From NCBI GenBank assembly GCA_021786315.1, contig JAJYNN010000002.1:462997-526996 (forward strand): DNA of 64,000 nucleotides, in the 5' to 3' direction. The DNA is from a bacterium (GTDB lineage: Bacteria; Patescibacteriota; Microgenomatia; Daviesbacterales; UBA10151). This document shows, one piece after another, positions 56,324 through 64,000 of this stretch (position 1 is its first letter; each line of letters opens with the position of its first letter). A model generated the notes under the pieces. It saw nothing but the letters and a program-made list of their open reading frames with translations. It did not search any database and had not been told where the DNA came from. A program made the position numbers and the translations under genes.

Positions 56324-56575
56324 TATCTTATAGTATTTGACTTTTAGAGATGGAAATGGTATTATTCAAGATACATTTAGGATCTGGTTGGGTTAATTTG
56401 CAACCTAAACCTGGTTTTACTTGTAAAAATTGCACTTTAATTTAATTGCGTTTGCTGGTAGCAAATTGGGAGTATCTACTTCCAGCTTGTTACCAGTAAA
56501 CAGGTGGGGTTTATTGAGTAGCTCGGGACCGACGGGGACCCGAAAATTTTAAAGAGTGACCTTAAAGGAGGACAC
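56324..56575 (+). promoter_or_regulatory. Cassette 1 leader (promoter TTGACT-17-TATTAT, hairpin, TTGCACTTTAA, hairpin, AAGGAGG)
   Basis: Motif comparison with cassettes 2 and 3. Confidence 0.7.
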
Positions 56576-56995
56576 ATGGCTACTTTCTATCAAGATTCCA
56601 ACAATAGTGTTGTCGCCATCATGACAGAAGGCGATTATAAGCGAATGCTCGAGCGACGTGCCCTAGTTGACGAGACAGTCAAAAAAGGTTTGCCGCGACC
56701 ACAGTTGCCGCCGGTTACACCAATCTTTACTTTCTCATCTCCCGACCACCCTTCGTTCTTGTTTATGACTGGTAGTATCAACCTGATGAGAAAGCTACTG
56801 CACGGTCATAGCGTTATCCGAAGTGGTATCTGGGTGCCGTTTAGTAACGGCAGTGAGTGGAGCCTCAACGAGGAAGAAGCACGCTACGAGCGACAGTTTA
56901 GGACAAGTCTTGACCAAGCAATCGAAGCATTTGGACTGATGAAGTCCCAAGATTCAGCCGACAAGGTTGAGTCGACCATCGGTAGTCGTAGCTAG
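56576..56995 (+). CDS. Orphan protein (cassette 1)
   Basis: Strong SD AAGGAGG, 139 aa. Confidence 0.75.
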   Translation: MATFYQDSNNSVVAIMTEGDYKRMLERRALVDETVKKGLPRPQLPPVTPIFTFSSPDHPSFLFMTGSINLMRKLLHGHSVIRSGIWVPFSNGSEWSLNEEEARYERQFRTSLDQAIEAFGLMKSQDSADKVESTIGSRS

Positions 56996-57138
56996 ATCTG
57001 CTCAGTAAGCGAGCCCCACCCTCGCAATCAGCACCGGTAAGGTGAAGGGATAATGGATATGGATGTCGACGAGAGAAGCGAAAGCTTCAAATCAGAGATA
57101 ATTATATCTACCTAACACCCCCGGTGCTTTTCCGTTTA

Positions 57139-57365
57139 TATCCTATAGAATTTGATTTTCACCCTCAAAAGTATTAAACTTTCATTTAACATTTAAGGCT
57201 AAATCAGGCTTTTTGCTGCCTGAGTTTGGCTTTAATTGTAATGTTTTTTGCACATTAACAGCTAAAAAGTTGCGAAAAAAAGCATGGCTCTTTTTAACCA
57301 TGAAGTATCGTGATTAGAAAGAGCTATGCTCAAATTACACGGATAACGCGAGGAGGAGGTTTTCA
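57139..57365 (+). promoter_or_regulatory. Cassette 2 leader (TTGATT-17-TAAACT, hairpin, TTGCACATTAACA, hairpin, GGAGG)
   Basis: Clearly homologous to 57893-58113. Confidence 0.8.
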
Positions 57366-57791
57366 ATGATCGGCACAACTGGGTTTATGGATGAAGAAAA
57401 CTTTCAGGAGGTGGCGGACCGGATCGAGTTGATGTTTAGGGGAAAAAGATTAGCTTTTATGCAAACAAATGACAAGTATTTTCCCCCGGATTTAGAACCC
57501 GGCTGTACCTTGGAAAGCGTCTCAGCATTGAGATCGCTGAAAAGGATGGCAGTTCAGGTAACCTTGGTCATTACCTTGCCAAATGGCAGGAGACAGGGGT
57601 TATTTATCGAATCATCAACCGATACAAATGAGTGTGCTCATACGCGTTTCTCGTTCAGGGATGGAGCCCTATTTACCCTTCCCCGGACAGTCCCAGGATA
57701 TGGACCCCAACGGTACATCTGGATCAAGCTGGATGAACAGGCTGAGGAGAAAAAAGACAATTTATTACTAGCGATGGGGAGTAGAAGATAA
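57366..57791 (+). CDS. Orphan protein (cassette 2)
   Basis: Strong SD GAGGAGGAGG, 141 aa. Confidence 0.75.
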   Translation: MIGTTGFMDEENFQEVADRIELMFRGKRLAFMQTNDKYFPPDLEPGCTLESVSALRSLKRMAVQVTLVITLPNGRRQGLFIESSTDTNECAHTRFSFRDGALFTLPRTVPGYGPQRYIWIKLDEQAEEKKDNLLLAMGSRR

Positions 57792-57892
57792 CAGAAAACC
57801 AGTTCGCAACTTAAGACTGTAACCGTGCATTGGGCGCTGTGGATTAAAACCCCAGCGCCCAATTGCGTTCTATACGCATATTACCTATATCT

Positions 57893-58113
57893 TATCCTAT
57901 AGCATTTGATTTTTATTTCCCAAAGTATTAAACTTTACTTACACCTAAGGCTAAATTAAGCTAATTGCTGCTTAAATTTAGTTTTATGCGTAATCTTTTG
58001 CACATTAACAGTCCAATAGTCGCAAGAGAGCATAGCTCTTTTAGCCATAACTTAGGTTGTGGTTTGAAAGCGCTATGCTCTAAAAAAATAAAAACGTAGA
58101 GGAGAATAAGGCA
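57893..58113 (+). promoter_or_regulatory. Cassette 3 leader
   Basis: Homologous to 57139-57365 with compensatory stem changes. Confidence 0.8.
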
Positions 58114-58587
58114 ATGACCCAAAGCCAAGGAGGACAGGTGTTAATTGGAGGACCATTCGATTACAGGCTAAATATGATAGCCGAACAGGAGAAAAGGACA
58201 AAGTCTTTTTGGGTGAATCCGCGTCATAAAATAGTGATCAAATACGGCGGATACAGGAAGGTCGAAATTTCGGAAGAACAGTCTATGGGTTTAGGTGAGG
58301 TCAGTTTTGAGCTGTCCGAAGGTACTATACCAACCACATTCCTGTTAGTTCCTGCAAAGCTTAACCATGCGGCCGAACACCAATGGATGTGGGGACACGG
58401 ACCGGTTATGCAAATGGCGGGATTACCCCCGCTGGACTATCAAATACCCGTGGAATGCTTCCGGAAAGAGATTAAGACTGTTGTGATCAAGTGTTATGAA
58501 GGAGTCACTCCTCAAAAAGTGGTATCTTGGCCTATTAACGGGCAAGAATGCACCGCCGCTTGCTACATCGTACTGAATTTAACCTAA
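58114..58587 (+). CDS. Orphan protein (cassette 3, paralog A)
   Basis: 157 aa; shares RTK, GTxPT, GLP and TVVxxCYEG with the next ORF. Confidence 0.8.
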   Translation: MTQSQGGQVLIGGPFDYRLNMIAEQEKRTKSFWVNPRHKIVIKYGGYRKVEISEEQSMGLGEVSFELSEGTIPTTFLLVPAKLNHAAEHQWMWGHGPVMQMAGLPPLDYQIPVECFRKEIKTVVIKCYEGVTPQKVVSWPINGQECTAACYIVLNLT

Positions 58588-58612
58588 AAACCAAAACAAT
58601 AAGGGAGAGGTT

Positions 58613-59086
58613 ATGCTAGGAGGAATCTTCAGGCGCAGAGGTATGGCAAAGCTGGATTACCCGGCAACAGTCGAAGATCAGATCAATGAGAGGACAAAGG
58701 TTCTTAACGTTAACACAAAACAGGAAGTAGTAATTGTCTACTCCAAGGAAGGTCCTACTTTTTTCCAAGCTCCGTTTTCCGGCCGGGGACCGTTGGGCAT
58801 TTATGTCTTGCCCGGAACGAAGCCTACTTCGTTCTTTTTCGTAGTACCTGAATCTGATCCGGCGAAGGATCTTGTTCAGGGGATTGATAACTCCCCGGTG
58901 ATTCACGAGCCTGGTTTGCCGGCAGTGTATTCTCCGGTCTTAGTGGAGTATCTAAAACATGGTGTGAGGACAGTAGTTGTCCAGTGCTATGAGGGAATTT
59001 TCCCAAAAGATGTTGTTGAGCGTCACCCCCCTTACCAAACAACCTTTTTGGCCACTCATTACCTACAGTTACATTTTTGCGACTAG
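58613..59086 (+). CDS. Orphan protein (cassette 3, paralog B)
   Basis: 157 aa; paralog of 58114-58587. Confidence 0.8.
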   Translation: MLGGIFRRRGMAKLDYPATVEDQINERTKVLNVNTKQEVVIVYSKEGPTFFQAPFSGRGPLGIYVLPGTKPTSFFFVVPESDPAKDLVQGIDNSPVIHEPGLPAVYSPVLVEYLKHGVRTVVVQCYEGIFPKDVVERHPPYQTTFLATHYLQLHFCD

Positions 59087-59229
59087 GACTAGTTTCGTGC
59101 ACTGGGCGCTATGGTTTTATACTGTAGCGCCCATTTGCGTTCTTATCTCATAGCTTTGATTTCAATTTTTCTTCCTCTTCCCTTACACACCTTTAGAGAT
59201 ACTTTAAACATTAAAAGTTAGGATGGGAG

Positions 59230-59616
59230 TTGAGAATGGATAGACATTCAGACCACAAACAACTAATTGCCGGTTGCTATAAACATCTTGAATCTATCTT
59301 TGCTGGTTCAAAAGAGGCTGTCTGCCTTTACCTGGATGACAGCAATAAAATCTGCAATAAAAAATTTGCCCAGCTTTTGGGTTATAACTCCCCCGATGAG
59401 TGGGCCAAAGTTGAACCGTTCTTAGAATCTTTTGTAGCTTATGACAGCCAGGCTTCGCTTACTACTTCTTATCTCTTGGCAATTGATAAGATGTTAGGCT
59501 CAAAACTCCGTGTTTTGTGGAGAGCCAAAACAGGGAAAATAATCCCGACAGACGTCATTATTATCCCGGTCATATTTAAGGATCATCTCTTCGCTTTGCA
59601 TCTTGTCTCGCCTTAA
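59230..59616 (+). CDS. Small PAS-like domain protein
   Basis: CNKKFAQLLGYNSPDE PAS-like motif. Confidence 0.6.
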   Translation: MRMDRHSDHKQLIAGCYKHLESIFAGSKEAVCLYLDDSNKICNKKFAQLLGYNSPDEWAKVEPFLESFVAYDSQASLTTSYLLAIDKMLGSKLRVLWRAKTGKIIPTDVIIIPVIFKDHLFALHLVSP

Positions 59617-60104
59617 TCCTCATTTGGGTTTTCCCGGTGGATATATTCCTGGATCACCGTAGGTAAGGTTTTATCCAAAGTTTTGGCGATATTTTTCTCC
59701 TGGTCTAAAAATTTTTTGCAAACGCTCACTGTTTCCTGGTCCCCAAAGTGTAAAGCCAAAGAGATTAATGTTTTATATGAGGCAATCTCCAAACAACCAA
59801 GTCCAAAGTCCACCACCATATCTCTTACTATTTGATCGCCTTTCGCTTTCTCAGCACTTGCCAAAAGCTCGGCTGATTTACCTAAGCCATCACCTTCCTT
59901 TTTAACAGGATTTTCCAGCCGTTTAATACACCCTTCCAGCCTTCCGGCTTGGGCATTTGCCATCTCTAAGTGTTTCTTGATACCAAGCTGAATAGCTGGA
60001 TAACCCCTGGCTTTTTTCAGGTGTTCTGTTAAGGTCTCAATAACCACCAGCTCCAAAGAGTAGGTGTTTTTGAGCCAGCGGATAAGCAGTTCCTGGTGGG
60101 TCAT
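59613..60104 (-). CDS. Ferritin-like DUF892/YciE-family protein
   Basis: WLKNTYSLE...HLE...EIASYKTL. Confidence 0.8.
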   Translation of the reverse strand: MTHQELLIRWLKNTYSLELVVIETLTEHLKKARGYPAIQLGIKKHLEMANAQAGRLEGCIKRLENPVKKEGDGLGKSAELLASAEKAKGDQIVRDMVVDFGLGCLEIASYKTLISLALHFGDQETVSVCKKFLDQEKNIAKTLDKTLPTVIQEYIHRENPNED

Positions 60105-60105
60105 A

Positions 60106-60300
60106 TTACTCCATCTTGCCTATCTCTTCACTAATACCAACCGGGCCTCCGTATTCGCGTTCAGGAAGATTTCCCAAAGTGTTCATAACATTTTGGTCTG
60201 CTCCATTCCTTTTGGCGGTTTCCATGATGGTATTCTTATCAGCTGGATAGTTAATTCCTTTCAGGAATTTTTGTAGCTGTATGGGATTAATTAATGCCAT
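60106..60300 (-). CDS. DUF2795-family protein
   Basis: LQKFLKGINYPADK...GADQNV...LP. Confidence 0.85.
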   Translation of the reverse strand: MALINPIQLQKFLKGINYPADKNTIMETAKRNGADQNVMNTLGNLPEREYGGPVGISEEIGKME

Positions 60301-60420
60301 ATTCTCACCCCCTGAATACCAATATAACCAGGAAGCATTAGGATCAAACAATAGAGAGGTAATAATTTTGTTAAGCTTCAAATGCTGGACAAATAGCCAC
60401 AAACATATTAGAATCCGGGC

Positions 60421-61389
60421 GTGCTGCCTTTTAAAATATTGATTCCTGTCATCATCCTTATCGTTTTACCTCTCTCATTTTGGCAACCAAATGTTTTAAA
60501 CAATATCCGTCAGGCCGCTACATCAGTTGTTATTCCTCCAACCCCTGCTGCAAAGCCTGCTCCGGTGTCCACTCCTACCCCAACACTTACCCCAACTCCA
60601 TCTCCAACCCCCCGCCCTTTACCAACTTGGACTCCAACACCAAAGGCAATCAAACCTACCCAAGCCCCTCCTGTAGCGATAAACACGGCACCTCCGGGGG
60701 CAGGACATGAAAGACGGAGTGTGGTAACCAATGTCGGTGCCTTTAATGTTGACGTTATCGGGGCAGATTTAGGATCTACCCGGGTCATCGTGGATACGGC
60801 TTCAGACTCAACTTGCACCAATAATTGCCCCGTCCTTCCTCTTGCCACTTATGCGGCCAGAAACGGCGCCTATGCCGCCGTTAACGGTTCCTTCTTTTGC
60901 CCCGACACCTATCCCCAATGTGCCGGAAAAACTAACTCTTTTGATACCTTATTAATGAATAAAAATAAGGTCTATTTTAACTCTGACAACAATGTTTACA
61001 GCGTTGTCCCGGCTGTCATTTTCTCCAGCGGCAGTATCAGATTTGTTGGCCGATCCCTGGAATGGGGCCGGGATACCAGCCCTGATTCGGTTATTGCCAA
61101 TTACCCATTGCTTATTTCCGGTGGACAGGACATCTATTCCGGATCGGGAGATCCTAAATTTACCAATAAAGGCACACGGGATTTTGTGGCCAATAAAGGG
61201 AATATGGTTTATATCGGGACAATCTGGGGAGCAACTATGGATGATGCAGCCAAAGTATTAAAAGCTATGGGTATGGATAATGCCTTAAACTTGGACGAAG
61301 GCGGTTCTACAGCTCTGTGGTATGGAGGAAGTTACCTGGCCGGCCCCGGCCGCAATCTTCCCAACGCCGTCCTCTTTGTCCGTAAGTAG
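60421..61389 (+). CDS. Phosphodiester glycosidase (NAGPA-like) family exported protein
   Basis: AAVNGSFF, ALNLDEGGS. Confidence 0.85.
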   Translation: MLPFKILIPVIILIVLPLSFWQPNVLNNIRQAATSVVIPPTPAAKPAPVSTPTPTLTPTPSPTPRPLPTWTPTPKAIKPTQAPPVAINTAPPGAGHERRSVVTNVGAFNVDVIGADLGSTRVIVDTASDSTCTNNCPVLPLATYAARNGAYAAVNGSFFCPDTYPQCAGKTNSFDTLLMNKNKVYFNSDNNVYSVVPAVIFSSGSIRFVGRSLEWGRDTSPDSVIANYPLLISGGQDIYSGSGDPKFTNKGTRDFVANKGNMVYIGTIWGATMDDAAKVLKAMGMDNALNLDEGGSTALWYGGSYLAGPGRNLPNAVLFVRK

Positions 61390-61436
61390 CCCTGCGCAAG
61401 AACTGCCCTTTCTGGGCAAGGCGTACCCTTGAAGCT

Positions 61437-62042
61437 TCAGGAAACTAGTTCGGAATATACAACCTGGCGGTTGGAATAGTTTCTGTCCGCCTGGTCCCAA
61501 ATTCCCACACAAGTAATTAGGTTCAACATCGGCTTATCAGCTGGCCCAAAAACCCTGTTTAGAGGGACCCGGTCAAAAGGATAGGAAATATTATCCGTGA
61601 CCACAAAAGTCAAAGTTTTGCCTTGATCGTTAGTCACCATAATTTGATCACCTTTTTGCAAATTAGCCAGGTAATAAAAAACCGCCGGGGCTCCGGTAAC
61701 AGTATCTAAATGTCCGTCAATCACCGCTCCGCCTTTTTCCCCCGGCTTATAGCCTAACTTATACCAAGCGACATCCACATTATTACTGGGAATATCCATC
61801 CTTCCCTGACTGTCTAAACCCACCTGTTCAACAGCAGTATCTATACCCAGTTTTGGGATAATCAATCTTCTAGGTATTCCCGCCTGAGTTTGTTGATGGG
61901 GAGCAGATGTTGGTACGGAAACACTTACGGCCGGAGTTGAGGAAGTAGTAGAAGTGTTTTTGGTTAACCTGCCAAGAAGCAGCCATCCGAAAACACCAAT
62001 AACTATTATTACCGGCCATATCCAGAGTTTAGAATTTACCAT
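61437..62042 (-). CDS. Class F sortase
   Basis: VAWY...PGEKG..VIDGHLD...LNLITC...R. Confidence 0.9.
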   Translation of the reverse strand: MVNSKLWIWPVIIVIGVFGWLLLGRLTKNTSTTSSTPAVSVSVPTSAPHQQTQAGIPRRLIIPKLGIDTAVEQVGLDSQGRMDIPSNNVDVAWYKLGYKPGEKGGAVIDGHLDTVTGAPAVFYYLANLQKGDQIMVTNDQGKTLTFVVTDNISYPFDRVPLNRVFGPADKPMLNLITCVGIWDQADRNYSNRQVVYSELVS

Positions 62043-62062
62043 ACCGTGCGTATTTTAACGCA

Positions 62063-62311
62063 TTATCCCCTACCTGTCGCAGGTGCCCCAGCAGGAATTG
62101 TTACTCGGGTTGTAGGGGTAGGAGTCACTGTTGTAGTTGATGTTGGACTCGGTGAAACCGTAGTCGTTGGAGACAATGTTGCTGTCGGCGATACGGTCAT
62201 AGTTGGCGTTGTAGTAATTGTGGTGGTCTGGCCTAATGCCCCTGAAACCCAGGCCAAAAAGATCATCCCGGATGTAATCAAGGCTATCATTTCCGTCTTC
62301 ACAAACATCAC
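62063..62311 (-). CDS. Small Thr-rich exported peptide ending APATGRG (candidate sortase substrate)
   Basis: Signal-like N-terminus, T/P repeats, PxTG at the C-terminus; immediately upstream of sortase F. Confidence 0.7.
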   Translation of the reverse strand: MMFVKTEMIALITSGMIFLAWVSGALGQTTTITTTPTMTVSPTATLSPTTTVSPSPTSTTTVTPTPTTRVTIPAGAPATGRG

Positions 62312-62419
62312 CTCCTTTATCTAAAAGACATTCTAGAGCTTATAGTTAAAAAAGGAGTGAGCTACATGTAAGAAAAGATTATGATTGCAAAGTAATCTCA
62401 AGTTTTGACCATAACTGCT

Positions 62420-62638
62420 TCAAATTGGATTTGTTATTTGGGGTGAACTATTATCCGGTTTGACTATGGATGAAGCCAAAGTCGGCAGAGCAAAGAAAAC
62501 CAAAAAAGTAATAATCATAAAAATTAAGAGTCCAACTAAAAACCCAATTTCAAATCCTTGTGTATCAGCCGCTATCATTGGTGGAAATCCGGGGTCGGTT
62601 TTTACATCTGGTGTATCATCTTGAAGCGGGGCGTCCAT
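62420..62638 (-). CDS. Small single-TM protein
   Basis: Hydrophobic stretch GFLVGLLIFMIITFLVFF. Confidence 0.5.
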   Translation of the reverse strand: MDAPLQDDTPDVKTDPGFPPMIAADTQGFEIGFLVGLLIFMIITFLVFFALPTLASSIVKPDNSSPQITNPI

Positions 62639-62870
62639 ACAAATTTGTGAAAATTGTCAAACTGCCCCTTTTCACGGCTGTGCCTGTAACAGCGTTAAAA
62701 AGTATGAGTTGTGGAGTTATAGGGCTACCTTCGGCTTCGCCGAACGATCCTGTAATTTCTCTCCGCCAAAAGCGGATCGAAATTATTGACCTATTGCCTA
62801 TAATCCCCGCAGCTCTAACCTTTTGTGGCAGTAACTTTTTGAGAGTCATCTTCGTTCCTTTCAACCGCAA
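62616..62870 (-). CDS. Hypothetical protein
   Basis: 84-aa ORF co-oriented with neighbours. Confidence 0.35.
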   Translation of the reverse strand: MRLKGTKMTLKKLLPQKVRAAGIIGNRSIISIRFWRREITGSFGEAEGSPITPQLILFNAVTGTAVKRGSLTIFTNLYGRPASR

Positions 62871-62919
62871 TATTAGTCCTTTTTGTTGAAAGAATTACGA
62901 GGGGTGTGTAATAAAAATG

Positions 62920-63258
62920 TTAGAGACAAAGAGTGCAGTGGGTAGCAACCGGCAAAACGGCTAGTCTCTCCGGTTCAATTAGTTTTCCGCATCCTTCACA
63001 TTTTCCGTATGTGCCTTGTTGAAGTTTAGTTAAAGACTCTTTGATTTTTTGATAAAGGCTGTTTAAGCGGTCACTGGCAACAACCGCCTTTTCGTGGACC
63101 TCCTCTTCCCAACAACCGGTTCCTAATTCAAAAGGCACATCCACCGTTCCCAACATCATAGGGTCATTTTTTTGCAAAGACTTTAGCTGATTTTCCAGCT
63201 GTTGTTTTTGGTCCAGAAGATTCTTTTCTATATCCCTCAAAGTTTCAACGGGTAACAT
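62920..63258 (-). CDS. TraR/DksA C4-type zinc-finger protein
   Basis: GTYGKCEGCGKLIEPERL..LP....C..C. Confidence 0.9.
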   Translation of the reverse strand: MLPVETLRDIEKNLLDQKQQLENQLKSLQKNDPMMLGTVDVPFELGTGCWEEEVHEKAVVASDRLNSLYQKIKESLTKLQQGTYGKCEGCGKLIEPERLAVLPVATHCTLCL

Positions 63259-63359
63259 ACAATCTTTATCTTGGCCTGAGGGGTTAAGAAAACAAATATA
63301 GTTCGGTAAGAAATCTGTAAGAAGCAAATAAGGAGGGAAGCTTATGGTAAAATTTGTTT

Positions 63360-64000
63360 ATGCGGTCTAAAAAGTTACTCTTTTTATTGTCTTTTGGACT
63401 ATTTGCAGCATTTGTATTTTTCTCCTATTTGGTAAGCAAAGAGAAGTTCGTCCAATTGGATTTTGACTTAACAGTTAAACTCCAAGACCACCTTTCCCGG
63501 CGGTTTGATTTGCCATTCTCCTTACTATCTCTTTTGGGATCAGCCGAAGTCACCGGAATAATTTGGGCAGGATTTCTCCTGTATTCCCTTCTAAGGCGCT
63601 ACTGGCTCGCCGCCGCCGCTTTATTTACTTTTTGGGGAGGGTTATTTTTAGAAATCTTTGGCAAGCTTTTTGTGTACCACCCAGGCCCTCCGTTTTTATT
63701 TTACCGGGGGGTTATAGACTTCAATTTCCCTTCCAGCTATGCCCATACAAATTACTCGTATCCATCCGGGCACTTAACCAGAACCAGCTTCCTTGTGTCT
63801 GCCTTGGTAGTCTATCTTTTATTGAAAGCACCTAAGAAATTTGGGATTCTGCCCCAACTTGGAGCTTTAGGATTTCTGGTAGCGATGATGGTTTCCCGGG
63901 TTTATTTGGGTGAACACTGGACCACCGACGTTATCGGCGGAACGCTTCTGGGAACTTCCCTTGGGATTTTTACAGCCATGACAGTACCACTCAAGAAAAA
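63360..64000 (+). CDS. PAP2-family phosphatase (runs off the window)
   Basis: Own translation from ATG 63360: K..V.HPGP, YSYPSGH, SRVYLGEHWTTDV. Confidence 0.88.
   Translation, partial: MRSKKLLFLLSFGLFAAFVFFSYLVSKEKFVQLDFDLTVKLQDHLSRRFDLPFSLLSLLGSAEVTGIIWAGFLLYSLLRRYWLAAAALFTFWGGLFLEIFGKLFVYHPGPPFLFYRGVIDFNFPSSYAHTNYSYPSGHLTRTSFLVSALVVYLLLKAPKKFGILPQLGALGFLVAMMVSRVYLGEHWTTDVIGGTLLGTSLGIFTAMTVPLKK

Noticed and set aside
56324-59162. Classical integron (attC) array or retron
   Set aside because: No IntI or reverse transcriptase in the window, no clear RYYYAAC/GTTRRRY attC boundaries, and each cassette has its own promoter.
27473-63323. Recurrent GTAAGAA words upstream of several genes (27473-27501, 28510, 62368, 63306-63323) as a regulon
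   Set aside because: Short AT-rich word with inconsistent spacing; needs a statistical motif test.

Overview
Chromosomal segment of a small-genome bacterium whose gene content suggests Patescibacteria/CPR, probably Microgenomates (inferred, not database-checked). Housekeeping and typical CPR content: thrS-infC-rpmI-rplT, pheST, murT-gatD, galU, SOD, an ECF sigma/anti-sigma locus with a GT2-GH26 fusion, a ~17 kb cluster of GT-C-type glycosyltransferases and methyltransferases, two sortases, dinB and 13 tRNA genes. No rRNA, CRISPR array, integrase, transposase or reverse transcriptase was recognised. The most unusual signals are non-coding. (1) A tandem array of three self-contained orphan-gene cassettes (56.3-59.2 kb, with a solo relative at 19-20.2 kb). 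Each has a conserved boundary/promoter motif, a hairpin, a boxA-like motif, a second hairpin and a strong SD. In the array, co-varying 5'-leader/3'-trailer helices enclose the ORF(s), as in a pre-rRNA processing stem. (2) Eight tRNA genes carry duplicated or mimicked 5' or 3' ends. Five of them abut a conserved TAGG(G)CTA-hairpin-GRTCCTG element in the same polarity whether the break lies in the D-loop or the T-loop. (3) Palindromic repeats are inserted in-frame in essential genes (gatD, murT, pheT). (4) Smaller items: an ultra-short T-box, a candidate three-hairpin sRNA, and small ORFs missed by the ORF track.
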